64,000 nucleotides of DNA from Anthoceros angustus (lineage: Eukaryota > Plantae > Anthocerotophyta). This document shows positions 11,001 to 22,906 of this stretch, piece after piece. The stretch is from positions 124,001 through 188,000 of the forward strand of contig VJWM01000186.1 in NCBI GenBank assembly GCA_010909165.1, written 5' to 3'. Each line of letters begins with the position of its first letter. Positions within the stretch are counted from its first letter, which is position 1. A model generated the notes under the pieces. The model made no database searches. It saw nothing but the letters and a program-made list of their open reading frames with translations, and was not told the DNA's origin. The position numbers and the translations under genes were made by a program.

Positions 11001-14000
11001 GCGCATTCTAACTGTTGATCTTTTGGGTCCTGCCAGCATTACATCCAACTCACCCATGGACCTGTGTTGAAGCCTCAAACAAAGAAGGTTGATGACAAGG
11101 GATTGTTTTGTTTCGAGGTAGGTGGCCCTCCATGGTCTAGTATGTAATCATGTATGTTCATGCTTCTTATGTCTTTTCTCCTGTCCTGTAGCAGGTTCCT
11201 CAAGGAGAGTATAGACTTTCTGTTTTGCCGGATGGAGAAGAAAGAGCTATGGGTGTGCTGTTTTTGCCACCTGTCTTGGATGTGTCTGTCAATGCACCAG
11301 TTCTGAATATTTTGTTCACACAGGTATTAAGTGGAGTCTGCAGATCTTGCGTTCTGTCTTATTTTGTCCATATCTTTGCAGTTTCTGGGGTTCATCAGAT
11401 TTTGTCATTGATAGGCCCAAGTAAGCATCTCTGGCACTGTGAAGTGCAAGGCTGGATGCAGCCCACGTGTGGCTGTGTCTCTTACTCCTTCTGTAAAGAC
11501 ACATTCTTCGGAAACAGAACCAGCTAGACTATCATTTCTGGACAGCACTGGTGGTTTTATATTTGACGGATTATTTCCTGGAAAATACATACTTGAGGTA
11601 CATTTCTTGTTGGAAAATCTTATTTGCAGATTAGCATCAGTACAACATCTATGTTCTGTGACTGGTGACCTCATTTTGTTGATGATGGTCAGGTTACCCA
11701 CCATCCCTCCAGTGACGTAAACATTTTGGACGATGACTGGTGCTGGGATCAGAAGCAGTTGCTCGTAGAAGTGGGCACTGATGATCTGGTTGGGCTTACT
11801 TTCGTGCAAAAAGGGTTTTGGATGCCTGTCAAATCTACTCATGATGTAGAAGCTCTCATCCTGCATCCTAACAAGGGAGCTGTTTCTTTGAAAATTAAGG
11901 TTGAGCCTTTATGCAGTGCCAGGTTGTGCATTAGTTGAATGATGTGATGTGCAGGTCCGGGGACATTAATGGCTGTTGACTTAAAGCTGACTGTAATGTG
12001 GATTTTCCAGAGAGGGTGGCAGCAGGAATGCTTGGAAACCTCAGGTGTTCATGAATTGTTTTTAGGGGATGCGTGTATTTCTTTTGGTGGAGGCCCCTTC
12101 ACTTATGATACAGGCAAATCTCAGGTAGTCTGGTACAGCATGATTGTATCTCTGGTTCCGCAGAGTGAACCAGAGATGTTGGCGTTTTGCGGTTCTTGAC
12201 TAGCACAGCTGTTGGTGGGTGATTTCTCAATGCTCAGTGTGTTTCAACTTCGCAGCCCCTAATCCTGGTGGGAGAGAAGTATTTGCTGAGAGGACAAATA
12301 CACATAGATTCAAGATTGTACCCAAATGCAAACAAGTTGAGGAGCATTTCTTTAGATGTGCAGCAGGCAGAAAGGATAATGGTCGGGCCAATCAATGCCT
12401 ACATAGTTTCTGAAGCAAATGAATCCCACCCGGTTGCAATCTTTCATTACACTCATTTGGCTAAAATGGGTGACATGTTAACTTTCGCACCCAGGTATGC
12501 TAGGTAATGGGAAGTTATCTACATTTTTGCTTTCTGCCTTTATCTACCCTTGTTTGCAAAGCTTTTACATTGTCACTGCTATACATTCTTCTCAAATTAA
12601 AGGTTATCGTGAATGATGGTTTGGCAGACATCTCTCACAGCAGGACATTCATCCGGTACATACTGAGCTTGATGGCGTGCTCTTCTACCCACTTCTACAG
12701 CAGGTACAACGCACCTTTTTTCAGCTGCTTATTTGGAACCTTTCAAATGGTTATGAGATGCATGTTGGTGACTGGTCGGAGGTTGCAACCTTGTGCAGGT
12801 GCATGTGAAAGTTGATGCATGCCAACCTGAGATCCCAACTTTTCATGGACGACCAGGAGTGCTTGTCAGAGGAAGCGTAAGTCCAGCTCTTGAAGGAGTG
12901 GGCATAACTGTCATTGCAAATGAAGACAGCAGTGTTGGTTCTTTGAAGGTTGGAGATATTGCTTTTAGGACATCAACAACACAAGATGGCATGTTTACAG
13001 CAGGCCCCCTCTTTGATGACACAACCTACAGTGTGAAAGCAGAAAAGGTAACTGCATTGCATCATCATTCCAGCTAAATAACTTGCCATAGTTTTTTTGG
13101 GAGGCTGACGTTTGGGACTCAGGCCGGGTATTATTTCAAACCTACTGGAAACAATGCATTTGCTTGTCATCAACTTGGTCAAATAAGAGTAAACATAGTG
13201 CCTGGAGACGGAGCAGAAAGTCAACTTCCAGAAGTCCTCTTGTCTCTCAGCGGTGATGACGGCTACCGGAAGAATGCAGCAACTTCCAGAGGAGGAGTCC
13301 TAACGTTTGAGAACCTGTTTCCTGGCAGTTTTTTCTTGCGGCCATTTTTGAAGGTAGCATGCTATTTGCAATGGTGAAGATTTCTAGCCTGTAGCTTGTT
13401 TGGGGGGCTAAAGTCCTCAGATTCCTCTCAGGAATACAAGTTCTCACCTGCTGCAGCGGCAATTGAAGTGGGATCGGGAGTGACCAAGGAGGTGGATTTT
13501 CTAGCCACTCGAATTGCTTACAGGTCTGCCCTTCAAGGATGTATGCAGCTCTTCGTGAGCAGAAATTTATAGATATTGAGAAATCAGGCAGGATGTGGTA
13601 AAAATTTATTAGGTTATCTTTGCAGTGCATTAGGTGTTGTGACATCTCTCAATGGAAGGCCTGAAGAAGGGGTGTTTTTGGAAGCCCGCTCTCACAATGG
13701 GGAATACTACGAGGAGACTATGACAGGTCCAGAAGGCAGATACAGACTTAGAGGTCTCTCACCTCACTCAAACTATATTCTACAAGTCATCAGTAAAGGT
13801 GACCGTCGAACAATGCTGAAAGTGGAGCGAGCTGTGCCAGTTTCGGTAACCGTGGAGGTATGAGTACCAAGTTGCCCCTCAACTTGAGACCACCGTTTGC
13901 TAATTCTGTCATATACTCCACTGGGATGAAATGATCTCCACTAGGATGTGATTATGTGTCAAAGAAATTTGATTCAGGCACAGAGTATTCTTGCAGGTCA

Positions 14001-14762
14001 CTAACGAGGACATCCTAGGAGTAAACTTTGTGGTGTTTGAGCAAGCTGAAACGGCTGTAATGATGGGAGTGGCTGAAGGCAGGGGTGTGGAAGGAGGAAC
14101 TTGGCAACCACACTTGGTAGCAGAAGCCATGTTTATTTTGGAGACAGACAAGGTGGAAACAAGAAGATTGCCGGCGATCAATTACTTTGAATTTAAAGGG
14201 CTTCCGAATGGCAGATATGTTGTGCGACTTGTATCAGATTTACCTGATCAGACACATGATTTTGAGTCAGACGTGTTTGAGGTAGATCTCCAACAGAAAG
14301 TTTTTGTTCAACTGGAGCCCGTAAGGTTTCTTGTGAAAAATCGACTACATAAGGCTGTAAGTATCCGGCTCTATCTCACTGGCTCCATGTCCATCAGCTT
14401 CCTGTTCTGGGCCCCAGGATGTAACTCTCAAGTATTCTGTGGAGGGAAGTCCACCAGCAGCAACTGTGTTGGTTGGATGTAATTGAAGTTTGTCATTGTG
14501 CTTCAGGAGATAATTTCAGCTCCCGTACTGCCAATCATTGCAGCAATGCTGGTCGTAACTTTCGTTGCTACTATTCCCAGGTGGGTTCCGTTTGACCACC
14601 CTTCTGCTTCACTGTTGTTTACATGTGACCGACTAACTGAAGAGAGTTTGCATACAAGGCAGGTTAAGAGAGGTGTACCATGCTATTGCCGTGGGCAGAA
14701 CGAGTACAGCGGCAGCACAGAAGAAAGAAGTGAAGAAGACAATACCTCGAAAACGAGCATAG
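8073..14762 (+). CDS. NOMO: Nodal modulator (NOMO)-like ER type I membrane protein, ~27 exons
   Basis: Exon 1 (8073-8171) encodes a signal peptide plus DTIQGCGGFVE. Later exons: KLDYSH, VELQTLDGLVKDRTQCAPNGYYFLPVYDK, DINFRYTGF, GYYKLDQ|VTS, VLPNMASIPDIIATHYNVCG, LSLSGDDGYRKN, LFPGSFFLRPFLKEYKFSP, C-terminal TM PVLPIIAAMLVVTFVATIP, basic tail KKEVKKTIPRKRA* (TAG 14760-14762). GT-AG introns plus one GC-AG. Confidence 0.92.
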
Positions 14763-15395
14763 TTAGCTCTGGGGACTGGGATGGCAGGGTCGTTTGGAAG
14801 TCCGGTAATGACGGAAGGAGTCTTAGTGTACAACCCGCCGGCAAATGCTCATGGGATTCGGACTGCCGGATGCCACCCCAACCACGTACACAGCGTGTCA
14901 TTGACGCTGTCCATAGATGCATTGCGAGCTTTGTGGCCATTCCCATGCCCATGTGAGGCAGTGCTATCTGTCTTGAGGATATTTCCACCAACTTTTAGGA
15001 AAGGACCCGACACAGATGTGAAAGTGATTTTCCCTCGAGGCTACAAGAGAGTGTGGGTTTTTTTTTGTCTATGGTTCTGAAGTTGTCCTGGGGGACGTAT
15101 TGGCGTTCAATCCTTTTTTGTGTTTTTGATTCTAATCTCGATTTTTCTATCTCAACAAATTCAATGCATGGTATTCTGATCTGGTTGAGTGATCGGTTTC
15201 CACAATCTCCCCTCTTCGGATGGCAAGAGAGCCGTGTTTTAGTTCCTTGTGGTTTGGTGGCTCTCCCCTCGTATTGACCTTAAAAAAACAAAAGGATCTG
15301 TTTGGTACTCACGAGTCAACTGACAAAATTATGTAGATGGCAGCCCAGTAGTTGCCGAGAATAGTGTCCTAAAGTAGATCTCCAACATAGGCCTT

Positions 15396-17591
15396 CTAAT
15401 GGAGAGCAATCCACCGCTGTACGTGCCTCCAGCAAATGGAGCACTGTGTATCGTTGTGCCTGGACAAGCCAAACTTGTTCTTGCAGATTGGACAAACCAT
15501 ACGATGACCACATGGCACGGCTACCCAGATAGCTTTTCGCTGCTCACACACTGGACACAGTCCTGCCAGGAACTGAGTTTCACCCCCCACTGCCCCCACT
15601 GCGAAGGGTGCCCATGGTGAAGAAAGCTTTAAACCGCACTCAGTGGACGATGATGGTAGAACACTCTGTGGTGACTCCTGCGAGACGCACTATCGGGTTA
15701 GAAGGCAAGTGCGCCGATTGTTCGACTCACACCGAGCTTCAATTGAATGAACGACTTACAGTTTGCACACCTGCTCAAGATTGCTTGTTGGCGACTCTAT
15801 ATACGCGCTCCATAGGGAATTGTCTCTTGCATGCATCCTGGGAAGAGAATGATCAAAGGCAAGCGAAGCTGCATAGCTGGCTGCAGTTTTTGTTACAGGG
15901 ATGTGCGATTGGCCTGCAATGTCTGTTTCGTGACTGGCCTGGTTTGCATGTCTATCTCGGAGGAGGTTTCTAGATCTGTCTTCCATAGGCTGGCTTTCCG
16001 GAGGCCGTAACAGAGCCAGAAGTTCTGCAAAACACTCATGATCCTCGACCTCGTTGTGGTTTGCAAGATGATGGTGCCGGAAAGATACTTCGTCTCCGAC
16101 AGTATCACGGGAATTCACAATCGATGAAGCATCTTCAAAAAAAGATCCTCCTGCATCACTGACCAGACTGCTCTTTAAGTCCGCTGAACTGACAACCCCT
16201 GGATAGCTCCGATGTGATGTGACAACAGAAGGGACAACTTGCATTGATGGAAGACTCTTCTGAGTGCTGCAGGCTGCTGCGGCATAAGATCGACCAGCAT
16301 CGACAACAGAGCTGCAAACTAGCTGACAACTTGCAGAGCTTTTCGAATGTGCAGCTGGGAGAGCCCTTGAAGATAATGGAAGCAAAACCATATGTGTAGC
16401 TGGACCTCTGCCAACTGGAACTATTTTCATTCTGCATAGCTCGGAAATGGAACGAATAAAATCACTCAGCTTGTGATAGCCAAGTCCAACGTGATCAAGC
16501 TCCAGGCCACATGTTGCTCTGAAGTCACCCTTTAGTGAAGACAGGGGATACCATTCCCCTTCTTTTAGCCGGCTTGATACCTCACTCAAAAAACCGGGAA
16601 GCCATTGCTTGAATTTTGTAACCCAAGCTGGAGGTGATCCCTGAATCTCTGGCAGCACTGTGCTCTGGAATGAACTTGGTGAAGTACACTTTGCAGCATT
16701 TGAATCCACGCCCAAAACAGACCGCAAAGGTAGGACTCGCGCCCGATGTTTCTGGCATCCCGTCACCTTTATCCAAGACGCTTCGGATTCATCTACTGAC
16801 TCGCCAGCAAGGGATCCCAAAGAGAGGTTGAGCGAGCTGTTGTCCTCAACTTGACTTGATAAATCGCTTCCCGGTCCCACATCAACACCTGGCAGCACCG
16901 ATCTAGCAACCGCGCTCTTGATCTCGACCTGGACACCACAGCTTATGGATCAACTTGCATCCTGCAGAATAGACCATAAACAGCAGACAAATCAAACTGT
17001 GCAAAGAACCTTTTTCCCAATTATGCTGACGTAGTGAGCCTGGACGGCAGCGGTAACAGATCCTTCGTGTTTGAACGTTACAAAGCCGAAGCCTCGTGAC
17101 TGAATGTGATCACCAGAGTGACTGCCGATTACTATGGCATCCATCACTGGACCGAAATTCTCCTCGAACAATTCCCGAAGAACTTCTGCCGAAGGAACGT
17201 GATGGCTTCCCTTATTAGAGACGAAGTGAAACAAGTTTCTATCGTTCTGAATGTGTCCACGGGGAAATGAACTCACCAGATTCGACGGAGGGAGGGAGGC
17301 CACCCACGAAGACTTTCTTGCTCAGATCCTCGGTCACTCGCTGTGCTCATCCAGACAGAGAGACCAGGCGTCGACGTGTTAAATATACACATTAAATAGC
17401 TAGCGAAGGAACGCTGTGTGTCCACCTATCATGCAATCAGAAAGGTGCTTAACCTTGTTAGTCGCTTGATTTTGTTTTGAAACTCCCGTCATGAGCCTTG
17501 CTCGCCCGAGCTCTTCCTCTCCGTGAGCGAAAAAGCATCTCTCCCCACGAACACAGCCACCAGGCATTCCAAAATAACGGCACATTTCCAT
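15396..17591 (-). CDS. CCCH zinc finger-RRM-OST-HTH/LOTUS-RING(C3HC4) protein, 5 exons (17591-17454, 17340-17277, 17185-17010, 16928-15771, 15665-15396), ~601 aa
   Basis: CRYFGMPGGCVRGERCFFAH (CCCH); KVFVGGLP (RNP2) and RGFGFVTF (RNP1); WYPLSSLKGDFRATCGLELDHVGLGYHKLSDFIRSI (LOTUS-like); CPVC..PCGHRMVCPIC..CSIC (RING). All introns GT-AG with consistent phases. Confidence 0.88.
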
Positions 17592-19309
17592 CTCGTCTTC
17601 CCGCCGGAGGTGGGAAGAGTGCGTCTTTTTTGTCCGGAGTGTGTTCTCTTTTAAAGAAAACAAAGTACGAGAATTAAAAAACTTTAGAGAAAACAACAAC
17701 GAAAAAATGAACGTCAATAGAGAGAGGGTTTAGAGTGGGCCCCAGTGATAACTATTTCTTTAGTAATGGGAGCACTAATTTTCGCCCTCCGAGGTGCAGT
17801 GTATGGCATACCAAAGGGGACAAAGGGGATGGGACATTTTTTTTTCGCGAAACCCATGCAAGGCGTAGGGATCTTGAGGAATATATCCTACATTCCAGTA
17901 CGGTTTCTTTTTTCACAGCACATGGTCAGATGGCCGCTTTGGCGCCCTAACTAAGAGCGGCCAAGCACCAAAGGGGACACACACAATGTCCTCGAAACGG
18001 GTGTCCTTGAAAAATTTTCAGTGCTTTCACCTTTGAAAACAAAGAGATGGGACACTATGTTTTCGAATGTTTCCGCACTACCTTATGCCATTAAGTTTTC
18101 TTCCATGGCATCCAATGGCCGGCAAACCCTAACCTGGCCGCTGCGCCGGCCGCTCCATCTGCTTGACAAACCCTACTCAGCCGCTGGCATGGGTTTCGCA
18201 TGCAATGACGGCCGCAGGCACGCCATGGTTTGCGATCACGAACCATGCACGGACGGTAGTGTCCCGTCTTGACTATGGACTTTGCGACCGTGTATTCCTT
18301 AAGGAACCCGCGATGCTGGAAACAATGAGAACCACGATCCTCTTTCAAACAAGAAGAAGCACGATCTGGCTCGAATCAGGAAGAGGGGATGGCCAACAGT
18401 AACATGAAAGCCGCCTTCAACCTTCACAGGCAGGGCCTTCAGAGGAGGCGGCAAACCTCTCATTACAGATGGGTGCACTAAACATCGTGCATAGAACGAA
18501 AATCCCACATCATGCCCAAGACCTTCAACAAAAACATGATTGCAGCCTTCCATACTACCAAGTCCGCTATACATACGGACCTTTCAATTTCACGGCCATG
18601 AGGATCCCAAAGTGCATCCTTTGGCAAAGCCGACTTGGGCTTCCACCATCTCCACCAATGACGAGGTCGTGAATGCTGTGATCAAGAGGAGAAGGGCCAG
18701 AAATGGTACGTCAAAGGATCACGCCAATCCCATGCATGAGAAGGCTCGGCGAGTGGTTTAGGAGCAACCTTAGCATACTGAAATGATAGCTCACAGAAAC
18801 ATGGCGATACCCAATGAATACATGCCTCACAACCAGACGGACATCCAGAGCGGGCCAAGTTAGCTCACAGTATTGCAGGCTCCAAACACAAATCGACCTA
18901 TTACCTTGCACACACTCGCATGCTTGGTTATCTGAAAAAGCCAACTCCTCATTTGTCACATGAAGGCCAAACGGCAGCACCACATATTGCAGCATCAGTA
19001 GCCATAAGGCATGGCAACCTGGCAACCTTCCAAAGAAGCTGCGTGGCGGGACCACCACCACCACCGTCTACCCAACAACCTCGCCAAGAATGTTTACGCT
19101 GCGTGCAAAGAGCCAAAATTCACACCGAAGGGGTGCCATTCCATTGATCAAAAAAGGATGTCCACTGCACACATCGCAAAATTGCACAGCTAGCATCAAA
19201 CCCTATCTCCTATTGCGGCCTTCCTAAGGCGCATGCTTCGGCCCCCTATGCAAAAAACCAAAAACCGCTGCTGATGCAACTCTCAGCACAAGGGATGACG
19301 ACGCCGCCT

Positions 19310-20154
19310 ACTTCTCCTTGTCGTCCATGCGCTTGATCCTCTGCCGGAGAACCTTAATTGTCCCCTCAATGGCCTCGACGGCGTCGAGCATTCCGCGGCT
19401 CATTGCTCTCCTGTCCCGGTCGCTTCTCTCCGAGATTACTTTACCCTCGAGGATCCCTTTAGTGGGTTCTTGGAGTTGTTCCTTTTAGCGGCTGCGGTGG
19501 CAAGGAGGGAGACCCCCTTTCGGATTGCTCAAGTATTGGGGGCCAGTCGTTTGTTGGCTATGTAGAAGCCCACCCCCGGGGTTCGCCCCATAGTAGTGGG
19601 AGAGGCGTTTTTGCGTTTAATTAGTCGCAACATTGCCATCCAACTTCGGGAGCAATTCCAGGGTCACCTCAGCCCACACCAATTTGGCATAGCTACTCCG
19701 GGGGGATGCGAGTCCGTGGCTTTCGGTGTGAGGGCGATCTCGGAGTCCCATGCCGACTGGGTGGCATTGTAGATGGATGTCGAAAATGCTTTTAACACGG
19801 TCTCCAGGAAGGCCATTTTCGACGAGCTCAAGGTTGCAGGTGGGCAGCTTGCCAACCTTATCCCATTTGTCCGCTCTTTTTACGGGTCCCCTTCAGATCT
19901 CTACTATTAGCATGGGCCCGCTATCGAGGGGGTTTCGGTGTTGGCCTCAGCAGTTGGCACAAGGCAAGGGGAACCGTTGGGGGGCGCCCTGTTTGCCATG
20001 GCTCATTACCGAGCTCTGTCCATAACTGCCTCCTCATTTTGGAATTGTTTGTATCCCTTGGTAGTAGATGACACCCATATCATGGGGCTTGGTGACTGGG
20101 TCAAGGGGGATTTTGATATATTATCTTCAGAGCTCTCTCGCCTCAATCTGAAGG
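19310..20154 (+). mobile_element. CRE-type non-LTR retrotransposon, 5'-truncated RT portion (left part, split by CACTA)
   Basis: GVRPIVVGEAFLRLISR, PHQFGIATPGGCE, MDVENAFNTVSR, GTRQGEPLGGALF, VVDDTHI; in-frame stops. Confidence 0.85.
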
Positions 20155-21112
20155 CACTACTAGAAACATGGTGCCCATGTTACGGGTTTGTGACACGGTT
20201 CTTGATACGGCCCTCTAGAACGTTACATTTCTTGCTTCGTGCACAGGCTTTGCATACAAGCCTGCATTTGTTACACCTGCTTGTAACACTATTCCCTTCC
20301 CGGGCGGGTGCATTGTGTTCCTATTACCCGCCCTCCCCGTCTTTTCGCAGCTGCCCCCTTATAATACAATATTCAGGTTCGTCTCGGTTTAAAGAGTGCG
20401 CTGAAGTCGCGGGCTCCACACGATGCGCCAGTGTCAGGGAACCGGAGTTCCGCTCCCGCTTGTACGCGTTTTTTTAAGTGCGTGGCTCACATCGATGGCG
20501 TCTGTCGTGTCCGCCTCTACCATTCCATACGTGCAGATAGGGCGACGTATACATGGCCGTGTGCCATGGAGGAAATGGGCGCGATGGCCATAAAGGCGCC
20601 ACGATCGTCGACGGCCGCCCACGCCACGCCATGTAAGTCGGTATGTCGGTGAATGCCCATGCTAGGGTGAGTTGTGGGTACTTCCAAGCGGTGGGCAAAG
20701 CGATTTGGCGGTGTGCGAAGAGGCGTGGACGCGTGACTCAATCACGGCGACTACGCGACGCCGTGAAGCGCGTGGGTGGATCGACCAGCGTCTTGGGATG
20801 CCAGTGTTTTGCATTACCTTTGTGAAGTCACGATTGCCAAGCTCGTGTCGGATGGTTTTCATCCCGTGTCCCTCGGGATTTCCAGGCGGGGCCTTGAAAT
20901 TTGGGACTCGGCAATGGCACCGAAATGAGAGGGTCGATCCTACAAACACCGCAACATCGGCGATGAACACTTGGGATCTCCACACGACAAACAACGTCGC
21001 AGTGGTTGCTAGCTAGTGGGAGCGCTCGAATGAATTGTGCCTCTTGCAAAACACCTGTGCACAATCAGTATCATGGAACATGACATTCCCTAGCGTACAG
21101 GCAGTGCATACA

Positions 21113-21920
21113 TCAGACACCAAGTTTCTGACATGAACTGTGCCCAAGAAACTCGCCTTCAAAAACCTCCACGTTCACAGGATCGGAAAGACACTTTATT
21201 CGGAACAGGTACGCATGCGATCGACCAGCGATGAGCCCATACAGTATCCCTCCAGCCAAGGTGTAGCACGCTTCGACTATCATTTCTGCTGCCTCTAGAA
21301 GCTGGAAATGCCCTTCGTCATTGCACATGAAATCTGCATAACCGGCAAACCGCTCCACCCTGTTGTAAGTGAACAGAAATCTGGTCTGAAACCTGTGGAA
21401 GTTTGCACTGTCCACTTGTTGCTTCATAAGCGTCACTATACCACATGCTGCTGAAGGGGATGTGAGCATGGATCGCAAGGCATACTCTGGCCCTGTCCAG
21501 AGCAGGTACCGACGCTCATCCCATTGAGGGCCCCTTTCCCGCACATAGATATGCTGGCCCCACCTCCACTTGTGATATTGAGCCTCTTCTTGCAAAGATG
21601 TCCGCAAGTTCCCACAAATCCATTGTGCCTTGTTTGGTGTCGACATATTTTCACCAAATTGGGCCACCTTCTGCACTACAAGAACGTCAAACTTGTTGGC
21701 CCCTACCATCGCATCGCAATACATTCTCTCCCTTGGAGTCTCAAACCTCAGGACAATGATATTGTCCCGCCATGCTTGCCTCGTTTCGGTGCCCGAAACA
21801 CGAATATAGCGAGCTCTTTCGCTCGCCCCAGAAAGCCCACACCCAACCTTTCCGAGCATGCTGCCCACACATCCGCCCTTTCCCCACCATCTCGGATGGC
21901 AGCACTGGCAACGGACCATC
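21113..21920 (-). CDS. Unknown cargo ORF inside the CACTA, divergent from the transposase; possibly spliced to 20828-21054
   Basis: Stop-free 324-codon frame (21113-22087) with globular-looking composition; the part upstream of ~21920 overlaps a repeat; true start uncertain. Confidence 0.45.
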
Positions 21921-22026
21921 GTCTTCCAAGCTTGCCCTTGCTGCAAAAAAACGATGATGCATTTCGGGCAACCCCGATGCCTCCATGACTGGACCACCCA
22001 CTTGCCATCTCCCGCTTCCCACACGA

Positions 22027-22300
22027 ACGGTGTCTTCACTGTCCCAAAACGGTAGGCCCAGACATACACCTTCTCCTCACCTTCCACGGGCCCGAGGTCC
22101 GCGCTCCAAATCGGAGGGGCAGCACTTCATCCCTTCGCTCCGTTGGGTGCGGGGCTGGCCGCTCAGACGGTGTCTTCCTCCCAAATCGGTAGGCCCAGAC
22201 ATACACCTTCTCCTCACCTTCCACGGGCCCGAGGTCCGCGCTCCAAATCGGAGGGGCAGCACTTCATCCCCTTCGCTCCGTTGGGTGCGGGAGCTGGCCG
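22027..22300. repeat. ~140-bp tandem duplication (22027-22161 / 22167-22300)
   Basis: Near-identical cggtaggcccagacatacacc...cgttgggtgcggg copies. Confidence 0.9.
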
Positions 22301-22906
22301 TTCTGTATCGGTGTCATAATCCGTTCCTTCAGACGCTCCGCTGCCTCCATGCCGCCTCCTCCCAGCTGCTAAACGGTATTCTATTGGCGGGTCTGCCATT
22401 GCTAAGGACACCACCGCCATGCGTGTGGTTCAGAATGGCCGACATGTCCTGGAAGTAAGCCTCTGTCTCCGGTGTTTCTTCCATGGCGCAGGCGCGACAG
22501 ATGGCGGAGCAGCAAGTACTGGGCTGAGAAAAAACTGCAGAACACTGGATTCGCGACTGACCACACCGCCCTCTTCCCTGTCAGCATATGGAAGAAACGA
22601 CGCTGCAGGAATTGTGGAGAACACTTACCAGCCGGAGCTGCAATTCTGGATATCGCTTCCTCTGCAGGATGGTGGTTGTCTGCGCTACTGGGTAGCAGAA
22701 GCACATTTAGTACCTGCACATTTCCCGATGGGGCATGAGTTTTCGCCATAAAGCACTTGCTTGCCGTTGGAGAGTTCACAACGGCTGCCCTCACGCGCCG
22801 TTCGCCATCGGCGACAAATACTCACCATCGCCACTTTATTCTCACCCTCGCCTTCCTCGCGACACGAAGGAAAGAAGCACGCCTCCTTGTCAATCCTCGC
22901 GGCACA

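Noticed and set aside
6320-17591. Functional cluster of the DEAD-box helicase and the LOTUS protein
   Set aside because: RH47 is organellar and eukaryotic neighbours are rarely co-functional; no evidence beyond proximity.
17735-19300. TE-like degenerate region with short ORFs (LPCTH, CDRVF fragments)
   Set aside because: No TIR pair or recognisable domain; cannot be assigned.
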